39,586 nucleotides of DNA from positions 1 through 39,586 of IMG/VR virus record IMGVR_UViG_3300037483_000555. One strand, written 5' to 3'. The position numbers and the translations under genes are program-made. This DNA is from a virus. This document shows positions 9,165 through 17,781 of this stretch, piece after piece. Each line of letters opens with the position of its first letter. Within the stretch, counting starts at the first letter, position 1. The notes beneath the pieces were generated by a model, which was given only the letters and a program-made list of their open reading frames with translations, was not told where the DNA came from and did no database searches.

Positions 9165-11047
9165 TGGCGCGCTTCGTGTTCGAGGACGAGACGCCCGCGC
9201 CGGCTTCGCGCTTCGTGTTCGAGGACACAGGCGAGGCGCCGCCACCCAAGATCAGCGGCGTCGAGTCGGCCCTCCGCAGCGGCTACCAGGGGCTCACGCT
9301 CGGCTGGGGCGAGGAGCTCGATGCTGGTTTGGCCGCGGCGCTGCCGTTCCTCGATCGCGCTGCCACCGCGCCGGCCCAGAAGGGCGACCCGGACACGCTG
9401 GGTGGGCGCTACCAGCGGGCCCTGGAGCGCTATCGCGGCAGGTACGCAGCGGCGAGGGAAGCGAACCCGACGACCTCTCAGGCGGCAGAGCTCATCGGCG
9501 CAGCCGTGCCGGCGCTGGCCACGGCCGGCGGCAGCGCGGCGGCGCAAGGCGCTGGGCTCGGCACGCGCATGCTGGCGGGGGCGAGGGCCGCCGCGCCTCT
9601 TGGGGCCGTTTACGGTGCCGGTGCGTCCGAGGCCGATGACATGGTCGGCGTGGCCCAAGACGCGGCGCTCGGCGGGTTGGCTGCGGGTGCCCTGGGTGGA
9701 GCTGCTCCGGCCATCGGGTCAGCCCTCGGCCGCGCCGGGGGCGCGCTAAAACGCCTTGCGTCAAGACCCGCACCAGCAGCGGCGCAGGGCGGAGCGGCGA
9801 ACGCGGGGAGCGCTTCGACGATCATCGTCCGTCCGCCGAAGAGGACCATCACGGAGCGCGTGATGATGGAGCCCGAGCCGATCCCGGAGTCTCGATTTCT
9901 CTTGGAGCGCGGCGCGCGGCTCACAAAGGGCATGTACGACCCGAAGTCCGGGCGCTCCCTGGTGGAGCTCGCTACCACCTCGCGCCCCGGGTCGGGACCG
10001 CTCATCCTGAAACAGCGCGCCCAGGCGCTCGATGACGCGATGGACCTCGCCTTCAAAGAGGCCGTGCCGCCGGGCGCTCAGGTGAAGCTGGCCGGCGACA
10101 TCAACGCGAAATATTCGGCCCTCAAGGACGCATGGGACGCGTCGTACGACGCGATCCGCAACACGGGAGAACTGATCTATCCGGCCATCCACGACGGCAA
10201 GGGCGGGGCGGCGCTGCGCGGCACGTCCAAGGCTCCGGGCGTCCTAGATCGGGTCATCGGGGACGCGGGCGAGATCTGGGACCGTGAGAGCAGGGCGATC
10301 GCAAAGCGCTTCGTGGACAACGAGATGTCCCGCCTTCCGACGCCCAAGGGCGCGTTGGGTCGGGTCGATCTCGGGGACATGCTCAAGGTGCTGTCGAAGG
10401 TGAAAGAGAAGGGCCGAGAGGCACTGCGCGCGGAGAAGTACGACCTGCATCAGATCATGGGCCGGGTGCAGGAAGCGATCGAGCAAACCGTGGAATCGCA
10501 GGCGTCCCCGGAAACCTCCGCAGCACTCAAGGCCCTGAATGGCAAGTACCGCGACTTCAAGGTCATCGAGGACATGGTGGTGAGGGCCGGCGACTCTCCA
10601 GCCGGCGTGACGCCCTCGCGTCTTTCCGCTGCCGTCAAGGCTGCGGAACCGAGCCGAAGCCGGTACGCGGCTGGCGGGGGCGGCCCGCTGCGCGAGCTCT
10701 CGCAGGCCATCGGCACCGTGTTCGACGAGTCGGCATCCCCGAGGACTGGCGCCCGGCTCCTCGCTGCTGCGCCCAGCTGGGCGCACTCCGGGCTCATCGG
10801 GCCGACGATCTACCTGCGCAACGCAGCGGCGGCGCGCGCCGCAGGCGGAAGCGCGAGCGGTGGCGCTTCGATGCTCGGCCGCGTCGGTAACGTGACCGCG
10901 AACAAGCTCAACACGCTCGGCGGGGCCACTGCGGATGCTGGACCCGCCTCAGCCATCACGTTGAGCCCACGCATCGCCGCCCTCCTCAAGGCGCTGCGCG
11001 GCCGGCCCGGGGTCGCTCCCGCAGCTGCCGAGGAGGAGGATCGGTGA
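9161..11047 (+). CDS. Ejection/internal virion protein, positional analogue of P22 gp16
   Basis: 628 aa versus 609 aa for gp16. GTGA overlap, with an alternative ATG at 9164. The N-terminus carries a duplicated RFVFED motif. Confidence 0.45.
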   Translation: MMARFVFEDETPAPASRFVFEDTGEAPPPKISGVESALRSGYQGLTLGWGEELDAGLAAALPFLDRAATAPAQKGDPDTLGGRYQRALERYRGRYAAAREANPTTSQAAELIGAAVPALATAGGSAAAQGAGLGTRMLAGARAAAPLGAVYGAGASEADDMVGVAQDAALGGLAAGALGGAAPAIGSALGRAGGALKRLASRPAPAAAQGGAANAGSASTIIVRPPKRTITERVMMEPEPIPESRFLLERGARLTKGMYDPKSGRSLVELATTSRPGSGPLILKQRAQALDDAMDLAFKEAVPPGAQVKLAGDINAKYSALKDAWDASYDAIRNTGELIYPAIHDGKGGAALRGTSKAPGVLDRVIGDAGEIWDRESRAIAKRFVDNEMSRLPTPKGALGRVDLGDMLKVLSKVKEKGREALRAEKYDLHQIMGRVQEAIEQTVESQASPETSAALKALNGKYRDFKVIEDMVVRAGDSPAGVTPSRLSAAVKAAEPSRSRYAAGGGGPLRELSQAIGTVFDESASPRTGARLLAAAPSWAHSGLIGPTIYLRNAAAARAAGGSASGGASMLGRVGNVTANKLNTLGGATADAGPASAITLSPRIAALLKALRGRPGVAPAAAEEEDR

Positions 11048-11119
11048 CCCACGAGCACGCCCAGAACGTCCAGGCGACCACGATTCGGATAAGCCACCGA
11101 CGCACCGCGCGAGCCTACC

Positions 11120-11656
11120 ATGCCTGACGCCATGCCCGCCGATCGCGCGGAGTTCCCGCGCTCACCCGTGCCGCGCTGGAGGTACGAGCAGAGGCGCCTC
11201 GTGCTCCAGCGGGTCCGCTCGACGGACCAGGGCACGGCCGGCGCTCTCTTGCGCGCGGACGGTTCTCGGCTCGCGTGGACGATGGAGCTTCCCTGGAGGC
11301 AGAACCGCCCGCGCGTCTCCTCGATCCCTCCCGGCCTGCCTCCCCCCGGCGAGTACGTGTGCCGCATGCGGCGCTCGCCGAAGTTCGGGCCGGTCTACGA
11401 GGTGACGGGCGTCCCGGGTCGATCCTCGATCCTCATCCACACTGGCAACTGGGCGGGAGACGTCTCGAGGGGCTACCGCTCACATGTCCTCGGGTGCGTG
11501 GTGCTCGGCCTCCAGCGCGGGCGCCGAGAGGGGCAACTCGCGGTGATGGTCTCGCGTCCGGCGGTGACCCGACTCGAGCGAGAGATGCAGCGTCAGCCGT
11601 TCACCTTGGAGATTCGACCATCATGGGCTTCCTCGACATCATCGGCTCAGTCCTGA
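11120..11656 (+). CDS. DUF5675-like protein with a YkuD/L,D-transpeptidase-type H...GC motif; candidate endolysin
   Basis: ILIHTGNWAGDVSRGYRSHVLGCVVLG matches the IHxGN...GC signature I associate with DUF5675. It sits directly upstream of a holin-like gene. Confidence 0.45.
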   Translation: MPDAMPADRAEFPRSPVPRWRYEQRRLVLQRVRSTDQGTAGALLRADGSRLAWTMELPWRQNRPRVSSIPPGLPPPGEYVCRMRRSPKFGPVYEVTGVPGRSSILIHTGNWAGDVSRGYRSHVLGCVVLGLQRGRREGQLAVMVSRPAVTRLEREMQRQPFTLEIRPSWASSTSSAQS

Positions 11657-12147
11657 CCGGAGGGCTCGGCGGCATCGTCGGCGCCGGCACCGCGATCGCT
11701 GGCAAGGTCATCGACCTCAAGATCAAGGACAAGGAGATCGAGGTACGTCGCCTCGACCATGCTCACGAGCTGTCCATGCGCGACAAGGACATGGCCCAGG
11801 CGCGGCTCGAGTCAGAGACGCAGCTCGAGGTGACCAAGATCGACGCGGACAGCGCGGCGGCCCAGGCTGACCTCGGCGCGCTCGCGGCGGCGGTGCAGGC
11901 GGACCGGGCGACCTACGGCGACTCCACGCTTGGGCGGATCGTCGACTTCGCCCGCGGGACTGTTCGGCCGGTGCTCACGGCATGGGCCTCAGTGTTGGTC
12001 TCGTTCGTCACGTGGCAGGCGTTCGTCGAGCTGCGCGGGCAGCCGCTCGGGCCGGAGCGCTCCATGGCGCTCGTGAATGACGCGATGTTTCTGGCTGGCT
12101 TGGCGATCGCCTACTGGTTCGGATCGCGGCCGAACAGGGGGCGGTGA
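11623..12147 (+). CDS. Holin, 3-TM (GTA-holin-like)
   Basis: Internal ATG of track ORF 11275..12147. Starts MGFLDIIGSVLTGGLGGIVGAG and has three hydrophobic segments. It resembles the 3-TM gene-transfer-agent holin family. Confidence 0.5.
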   Translation: MGFLDIIGSVLTGGLGGIVGAGTAIAGKVIDLKIKDKEIEVRRLDHAHELSMRDKDMAQARLESETQLEVTKIDADSAAAQADLGALAAAVQADRATYGDSTLGRIVDFARGTVRPVLTAWASVLVSFVTWQAFVELRGQPLGPERSMALVNDAMFLAGLAIAYWFGSRPNRGR

Positions 12148-12491
12148 TGCCGCCCGGCGTCCTTGAGCACGTGGTCCCGGTAGGCTGGATCGTCATCGCC
12201 GTAGCCGGCCTGTTGGCGGCGCTAGTTGCGGCGGGCTGGGCAGTCCTGCGAGGGCTCCGCACCCTCTTCTTGGAGGGGTTCGAGTCGGCCATCCACTCAG
12301 AGCAGTTCGAATCGCGAGTCACCAAGATCGTCGGCGCGGCGTTCACTGGATACACCGATCCGCTTGCCCGGGCCGTGTCGGACATCGAGCTCCGGCAGCG
12401 AGACCATGGGAGGAGACTGGGCGCACTAGAGCAGGACATGGCGGGGCTCAAGGGCAGGCTGCACACCACCAGGGGCTCGGACATCACGTGA
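12144..12491 (+). CDS. Membrane-anchored coiled-coil protein (lysis accessory or spanin-like)
   Basis: N-terminal TM segment VGWIVIAVAGLLAALVAAGWAV followed by a helical region. GTGA overlap with the holin stop. Confidence 0.45.
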   Translation: MMPPGVLEHVVPVGWIVIAVAGLLAALVAAGWAVLRGLRTLFLEGFESAIHSEQFESRVTKIVGAAFTGYTDPLARAVSDIELRQRDHGRRLGALEQDMAGLKGRLHTTRGSDIT

Positions 12492-12784
12492 ATATGGACA
12501 TCCCGCGCATGATCGGATTCACGCTCATCCTCCTCATCCTCATCGTCATCGCGGTCGAGGTCGCCATGTGGCGGCGGTTCCGCGAGATCAAGGCGATGTT
12601 CGCCACGGCGCTCAACGTCGGAGCCTCACTCGATGGCGCCGTCGTGTCGATCCGCAAGGCCGGCGAGGACACGTCGGCGCGGGTCACGCAGCTCTCGGGG
12701 CGCGTGGACCAACTCGACGGCGAGGTTCGCCGGCTCGGCCTCTTTCATCCCCTCGGGCACCCGCTACCGAAGCAGGAGGTCTGA
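12488..12784 (+). CDS. Membrane-anchored coiled-coil protein (second of a pair)
   Basis: TM segment MIGFTLILLILIVIAVEVAMW followed by SGRVDQLDGEVRRL. GTGA overlap, with an alternative ATG at 12494. Confidence 0.45.
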   Translation: MNMDIPRMIGFTLILLILIVIAVEVAMWRRFREIKAMFATALNVGASLDGAVVSIRKAGEDTSARVTQLSGRVDQLDGEVRRLGLFHPLGHPLPKQEV

Positions 12785-12788
12785 CCGC

Positions 12789-15002
12789 ATGGCATTGCTA
12801 CTGCCGCAGGGCAAACAGGCGTACACCGACAGCGCTGGGGATCCCCTCGCGGGAGGCCTACTGTACACGTACGCCGCGGGCACCAGCACGCCCCTGGCGA
12901 CCTACTCTGATCAGGCCGGCGCCACCCCCAACGCCAACCCGGTGGTGTTGGACGCTCGCGGCGAAGCCACGGTGTTTTGGTCGGAGTCCAGCTACAAGGT
13001 GGTGCTGCACGACTCGGCCGACGCGCCGATCTGGACACAGGACAACGTTGGTCCCGAGGCAGTCACCGCCGCCGGCGCATCCACCGCGCGCGGTCTGGCC
13101 GCTTGGCTAGGCGCAGCGAAGGGCTGGCGCTCCCCAGCTGAGTGGGGCGACCACACCGCGCTGACCGGCGCTCACCTGGCGAGCGCAGCCGCGCAGGCGG
13201 TGACGGACGGGGTCGGCCTCCTCATCGCGCATCCGGTCACCATCAGCACCGCGATCGATCTCGGCACGGTCCCGGTCCGCTTCGAGGGTCGCGGCCGAGT
13301 CGTCCGCTCCGGCTCGGGCACACTCACAGGCACCGGGCCGCTCACCGCGCCGATTGGGCAGATTTTCGAGGGGTGGAGCGCGGGGCTCACGTTCGCCTGG
13401 CAGGTAGAGCACGTCGTGCCGCAGTGGTGGGGGGCGGTCGGCAATTGGACGGGCTCGACGGGCGCGGACGACACGGTGCCGATTCAGGCAGCGTGCGATG
13501 CTGCTGCGGCTGCACTCGACCCGGCAACCTACGGCGCAGGCTCCCCCGCGTTCGGCTCGCCACGGGTCCATTTCCCGGCCGGGTATTACCGAATCACGAG
13601 CCCGGTCACCGTCTCTGGGGCCGTGACGGTGACAGGCGATCCAGGCACGTCGTTTGGTGGGTCACGCATCGTACAAGTCACGGACCACGTTCACCTGTTT
13701 GTAGTGGGGCCTGCGAACGATGGCTCTTCGGCCGCGGTAGAGTTCCGCGACTTGACGTTGAGGCAGACAGCGGCCTCCATCACCGCTGGAACATCTTTGG
13801 TGCATATCCCAGCCACGACCACGGGCGCGAACTCGATTTACTTCCGAAACATTTGGTTCCAATCGCCAGAGGACTACGCGATCAACGCCGAGCGCGGCGA
13901 CGATATCCAGATCACTGACTGTACGTTCGACGTGTCGGCGGCCAGGTCCATCCGTCTAGGCTCCGCTGGAGCCGCAGTTACGAACGCGGTAATCTCTAGG
14001 AATACCTTCTATAAGATCGGGCTTGGGTTGGTCGATGTTTTGAACGCGGAACGTGTGGTTTTCGCGGAAAACCGGGTTTATGGCAACTCCACTACCCAAA
14101 TCCCGTATGCGATCAACGCGACTACGACCAGCCCGGTCACCGCGACTGAGATAGTCATTTCGGCAAATACGTTCTATTACACGAACGCGATCATCAAAAC
14201 CACCAAATCACACGCCGTGGTGGTGGGGAACACCGCAAAGAAGGCAACCGACACGCTGATTCAGTTCGGTGGCGGAGGCATTCTCTACGGGAACGTGGTG
14301 GCTGGCAACTCGTTCTGGGGTGCGTTCGGCGCGAGCGCAGTCATAGACGCGACGGGGACCGGGATCCAGGCGAGCGCGATCACGGGCAATGCGTTTTTCG
14401 GCTCGGATCCGTCCGGCACGTCTACTCTCGGCATCAACCTGCCTGACAGCCGGTCACAGTTCAACCGGGTAGAGGCCAACGCCTTCGTTTCATTCACCAC
14501 CGATCAGACCTTGTACAGCAACTCGGTGGCGCCGCTCGTCGCCGCCGGAGATATATACCTGGGGACCGGGCCGCGCATCATCCCGGGTTCGGGCGCTCCG
14601 TCCGCCGATGCGCCGATCGGTAGCGTCTACCTGCGCACGGACGGTACCGGGCGACCGCAGCTCTACTCCAAGCGCGTGGCGGGATCGGGTGCTGGCAATT
14701 GGGTTCTCTCGTCAGCGCTTCCAGTGGCATCCGCCGACAACGGCGACGCTAACGCTACACTGACCGTGGGCTCCAATGCCCCAATACAGCGCTGGGCCAC
14801 CACGTTAACTGCGAACCGTACAGTGACGCTTTCCACCACGGGGGCCGCGAATGGCGACGCCTGGCGCATCGTCCGCACGGGCCTCGGCGCCTTCACGCTT
14901 GACGTCGGCGGACTCAAGACGATCCCGAGCGCAACGGCGGCATTTGTGGACGTGACTTACACTGGCAGCGCCTGGATACTGACCGGCTACGGGACTCTGT
15001 AG
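12789..15002 (+). CDS. Tailspike with right-handed beta-helix (pectate-lyase-like) depolymerase domain
   Basis: N-terminus MALLLPQGKQAYTDSAGDPLAGGLLYTYAAGTSTPLATYSDQAG...NPVVLDARGEA is the classic phage tail-fibre/spike head-binding motif. It is followed by WWGAVG...DDTVPIQAA and repetitive N/G/T-rich rungs. The track start at 12633 overlaps the previous gene. Confidence 0.75.
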   Translation: MALLLPQGKQAYTDSAGDPLAGGLLYTYAAGTSTPLATYSDQAGATPNANPVVLDARGEATVFWSESSYKVVLHDSADAPIWTQDNVGPEAVTAAGASTARGLAAWLGAAKGWRSPAEWGDHTALTGAHLASAAAQAVTDGVGLLIAHPVTISTAIDLGTVPVRFEGRGRVVRSGSGTLTGTGPLTAPIGQIFEGWSAGLTFAWQVEHVVPQWWGAVGNWTGSTGADDTVPIQAACDAAAAALDPATYGAGSPAFGSPRVHFPAGYYRITSPVTVSGAVTVTGDPGTSFGGSRIVQVTDHVHLFVVGPANDGSSAAVEFRDLTLRQTAASITAGTSLVHIPATTTGANSIYFRNIWFQSPEDYAINAERGDDIQITDCTFDVSAARSIRLGSAGAAVTNAVISRNTFYKIGLGLVDVLNAERVVFAENRVYGNSTTQIPYAINATTTSPVTATEIVISANTFYYTNAIIKTTKSHAVVVGNTAKKATDTLIQFGGGGILYGNVVAGNSFWGAFGASAVIDATGTGIQASAITGNAFFGSDPSGTSTLGINLPDSRSQFNRVEANAFVSFTTDQTLYSNSVAPLVAAGDIYLGTGPRIIPGSGAPSADAPIGSVYLRTDGTGRPQLYSKRVAGSGAGNWVLSSALPVASADNGDANATLTVGSNAPIQRWATTLTANRTVTLSTTGAANGDAWRIVRTGLGAFTLDVGGLKTIPSATAAFVDVTYTGSAWILTGYGTL

Positions 15003-15035
15003 CCCCGCCCGCGTCCCGGATCCACGCCGAGGGGG

Positions 15036-15302
15036 CTACTCCTCCTCGCTGCGGAGGCACACGCCCGAGCGGGAGACGGTCAGGAGTGGTGAGGGCTGGC
15101 CGCCGTGCTCACGGACGTACGCGGCAGCCGCAGCGGTACAGGGCACGGTCGCCCAGCCCTGCGTGAGCTCGAAAGCGGCGGCCGCAGGCCCCGGGCCGAG
15201 GTACCGGCGGGCATCATCCGCGGCCGTCTTGTGGTTGGTCCCGACTCCATACACCGTGCGGGTGTCGATCTGGATCGCTGCGTAGTGGGTCGTGGTCGTC
15301 AT
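15036..15302 (-). CDS. Hypothetical cargo protein
   Basis: 88 aa from the internal ATG (MTTTTHY...), preceded by GGAGAG. Shares its 5' region with the next gene. Confidence 0.45.
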   Translation of the reverse strand: MTTTTHYAAIQIDTRTVYGVGTNHKTAADDARRYLGPGPAAAAFELTQGWATVPCTAAAAAYVREHGGQPSPLLTVSRSGVCLRSEEE

Positions 15303-15322
15303 GGTCTCTCCGTGGGGGTGGG

Positions 15323-15526
15323 CTACTGACCCTCTGCGTAGGTCGGCCCTAGGTGGCAGAGGCCCTCGTGCCGGCCAAAGGTCGCCTGGCAGTACTCCTC
15401 GCCGCGGTCGTTGCGGGGCCACTCGCGCGCCGCGCGGAGCCGATCCTCGCAAGCGGTGCAGACGTCGAGCCTCTGGCCGCTCGGCGTGGTCCAGGTCACG
15501 ACTTTGTGCGTGTGCGTGGTCGTCAT
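15323..15526 (-). CDS. Hypothetical small Cys-containing (CxxC) protein
   Basis: 67 aa from the internal ATG (MTTTHTHKVV...DVCTACEDRL...). It has the same upstream CCCACCCCCACGGAGAGAC leader as 15036..15302. Confidence 0.45.
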   Translation of the reverse strand: MTTTHTHKVVTWTTPSGQRLDVCTACEDRLRAAREWPRNDRGEEYCQATFGRHEGLCHLGPTYAEGQ

Positions 15527-15579
15527 GGTCGTCTCTCCGTGGGGGTGGGGCGCCCCGTGATGGCGGCGCCCGGGCGGGG

Positions 15580-15771
15580 TTACGGGCGCATCTCCCACAC
15601 CCAGGCGACCGCCCCGGACCGGACGTGGACGTCGAACGCGCGCTTGCCGGCCAGCCCCTCGCGCACAGCGTCGTCGAGGGTGGAGTACGTGCGCGGCAGG
15701 GGGCCGTTCGGGAAAATCCGGAGCGTCACCATGTAGGTCTCGATCTTCGCGGTCTCGTTTGCGTTCGTCAT
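15580..15771 (-). CDS. Hypothetical small protein
   Basis: 63 aa, high GC3 throughout. Confidence 0.4.
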   Translation of the reverse strand: MTNANETAKIETYMVTLRIFPNGPLPRTYSTLDDAVREGLAGKRAFDVHVRSGAVAWVWEMRP

Positions 15772-15817
15772 GATGAGATACTACCCCCTCCATCGTGTGC
15801 CGTCAACACCCGGCGGA

Positions 15818-16099
15818 CTATTTCTCGGGTTGGCCCGAAAGGGCCAGCGCCCGGACCGCACGCGTGAGCCACGGCGGCAGAGGGTCGCGGATCGCGTAGT
15901 ACCACCTCCGGTCCGAGGGCTCGCGGTACGACACGACCCGGAGACCAGCGGCGCGGAGTCCGGCTAGAACGCGCTCAACCCCGCGCTGCGGTAGCGCCAG
16001 CTCGCTGACGAGGTCGGCCAGGCCGCGAGGGCGCTCCCGGATCAGGCCGGCTGCGTGGATGCCACGGCGGAGGATCTCGTGCTGCGGGACGGAGGGCAT
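15818..16099 (-). CDS. Winged-helix-like DNA-binding protein (putative)
   Basis: 93 aa from the internal ATG. The LADLVSELALPQRGVERVLAGLRAAGL segment looks like a wHTH. Lies downstream of int. Confidence 0.35.
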   Translation of the reverse strand: MPSVPQHEILRRGIHAAGLIRERPRGLADLVSELALPQRGVERVLAGLRAAGLRVVSYREPSDRRWYYAIRDPLPPWLTRAVRALALSGQPEK

Positions 16100-16312
16100 G
16101 CGGACAGTGTACGCGCTCTGTGGAGGTACGTCTACCGTGATTCGAGGCCTTCTCACCGCCGCGCGTGGGCGGAGAGGGGGCGGCTGCGCTATACCTGCGC
16201 TACCGGAGCCGCGTCGGTCGCCTCCGGTCGCCCGAACGTGGCAGCGGGCGCGCGTAAGCGGTTGTTTCGTCGTCACCCGTCGCGGCCCGTCGCCCCTCCG
16301 ACAGCCCTCGGC

Positions 16313-17545
16313 TTACAGGGCGGCTCCGGCATTTCTGCCCTGTTTCCGCGTAGTTGACTTGGCGGGCTCGGTCGAGCCTGCGCTATCCTGCGCTATGGTC
16401 GCTACCGGGGCGTCACCGCCAGCGAGATCCACGGCCAGGGCGGAGTGGACGCCAGGCGCCCAGAAGTCGGGCGCGAGGTGGGCGTACCGCTCCGTCACCG
16501 CGATCGAGGAGTGCCCCAAGAGCTTCTGGAGCTCGCGCAGCGGGCGCCCCGACATGGCCCAGTGGGACGCAAAGGTGTGACGGGTCGCCTCGTACCAACC
16601 GAGGCCCTCGCGCGCGAGCCCGAGGCCCTCCAGCGCGGCTTGGAGGAGCGGCCCCGGGGTGCCCTTGTCGATCTTGCTCCCGTCCTTCCGGAGCGGCGGG
16701 ACCACTCGCCCCGGCCCGGGGTGGCGCAGGCGCCACGCTTGGAGCACGGGCAGGAGAGGATCGAGGATCGGCACGGCTCGCGGCTCGCGGTCCTTCACCG
16801 GCCCTTTCACCGACTCGCGCACCAGGATGCGCCGAGCGAGGAGGTCCACGGAGATCCAGCGCAAGGCGAACACCTCGCCGGTCCGGAGCCCCGCCAGCGC
16901 GCCGATCGCGTAGGCGATCGACAGCGGCTCCTCAAGGGCGAGGTAGACGCGGCGGACGTCGGCGAGCTGCTCGACGAACGGCGTGGTCTCCGGGTCGTGG
17001 TCCGAGCGCATGAGACGCAGCAAGCTCTTGGGGAGGTGGCGGGCTGGGTTGCGGGCCGCCATGCCGCGCTCAAGCAGATCCTCGTAGAGCGACGACAGCA
17101 CGGCGACGACCACGCGGATCGTCGCCGGCGCGAGCTCACCCCGCTTCGCCTCCACGAGCGCGCGGAGGATGGCGGTGTCCACCTCGTCAGGCCGGAGGCG
17201 CCCGAGCGCCGGGGCGAGGTGCTTGTGCCAGCGGTAGCCGTCCTCGGCGCCAGCGGCGTGGGTGAGCTTCCGGCGCTCGAGCCAGGGGCCGGCGAGATCG
17301 GCGAGTTGAGGCGTGAGGCGCGGATCCGCTGCAACGCCAAGGCGGCGGTGGATCTTCTCGGCGCGGATGAGCGCGGCGCGAGCCTCGGCCTCGCTTTTGG
17401 TCCGGAACCCGGACTCATAGACCGCGGTGGAGCCTCGCCCGATGCGCAGGGCGTAGCCATTCCCCTCCCGGATGATGGTCCCCGAGCCCTTCGGTCGTCG
17501 GCGCATGGCCGCGGAGCCTACCGCGGCGGCGAGCGCGGCGGCCAC
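16313..17545 (-). CDS. int: Tyrosine recombinase / phage integrase
   Basis: LAGLRTGEVFALRW (Arg box) and TRHTFASHWAMSG...LLGHSSIAVTERYAHL (H-x-x-R ... Y) catalytic signature. GTG at 17545 or ATG at 17506 as the start. Confidence 0.9.
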   Translation of the reverse strand: MAAALAAAVGSAAMRRRPKGSGTIIREGNGYALRIGRGSTAVYESGFRTKSEAEARAALIRAEKIHRRLGVAADPRLTPQLADLAGPWLERRKLTHAAGAEDGYRWHKHLAPALGRLRPDEVDTAILRALVEAKRGELAPATIRVVVAVLSSLYEDLLERGMAARNPARHLPKSLLRLMRSDHDPETTPFVEQLADVRRVYLALEEPLSIAYAIGALAGLRTGEVFALRWISVDLLARRILVRESVKGPVKDREPRAVPILDPLLPVLQAWRLRHPGPGRVVPPLRKDGSKIDKGTPGPLLQAALEGLGLAREGLGWYEATRHTFASHWAMSGRPLRELQKLLGHSSIAVTERYAHLAPDFWAPGVHSALAVDLAGGDAPVATIAQDSAGSTEPAKSTTRKQGRNAGAAL

Positions 17546-17781
17546 CTGACCATCCGTACCCCGCCAGCCTGGACGGGCTCGAGGCGCCCGTCCTTGAGCC
17601 AGCGCTGGACCGCGCGAGGCGTGACGCCCAGCCGAGCGGCGGCATCGTGGATCGTGACCTGGGGATCGTTCGCGGCCCGCAGCCTGGCAAGCTCGGCGAC
17701 GAGGGGAGCCACGGCGCGCGCAACGGCCGACTCGACCGCGGCGGCGATGAGACCCTCCAGGCTCGCCCCCGGGACGCTCAC
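17518..17781 (-). CDS. Excisionase-family HTH DNA-binding protein
   Basis: VTIHDAAARLGVTPRAVQRWLKDGRL is a MerR/excisionase-type HTH. Lies immediately upstream of int. GTG 17781 was chosen because GC3 upstream favours a different frame (see the mini-ORF finding). The track start is 17844. Confidence 0.6.
   Translation of the reverse strand: MSVPGASLEGLIAAAVESAVARAVAPLVAELARLRAANDPQVTIHDAAARLGVTPRAVQRWLKDGRLEPVQAGGVRMVRWPPRSPPR

Noticed and set aside
12277-12286. GGTTCGAGTC, a tRNA T-loop-like string
   Set aside because: It lies inside a well-supported CDS, and no acceptor or anticodon stems can be drawn around it. I found no tRNA anywhere in the window.
12633-12788. N-terminal extension of the tailspike ORF in the track
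   Set aside because: It overlaps the preceding TM/coiled-coil gene. The conserved tail-fibre N-terminal motif begins at the ATG at 12789, 5 nt after that gene's stop.
14999-15036. Possible bidirectional terminator between the convergent tailspike and cargo genes
   Set aside because: There is only a 7-bp stem (tagcccc/ggggcta) with a 24-nt loop and no U-tract. That is too weak to call.
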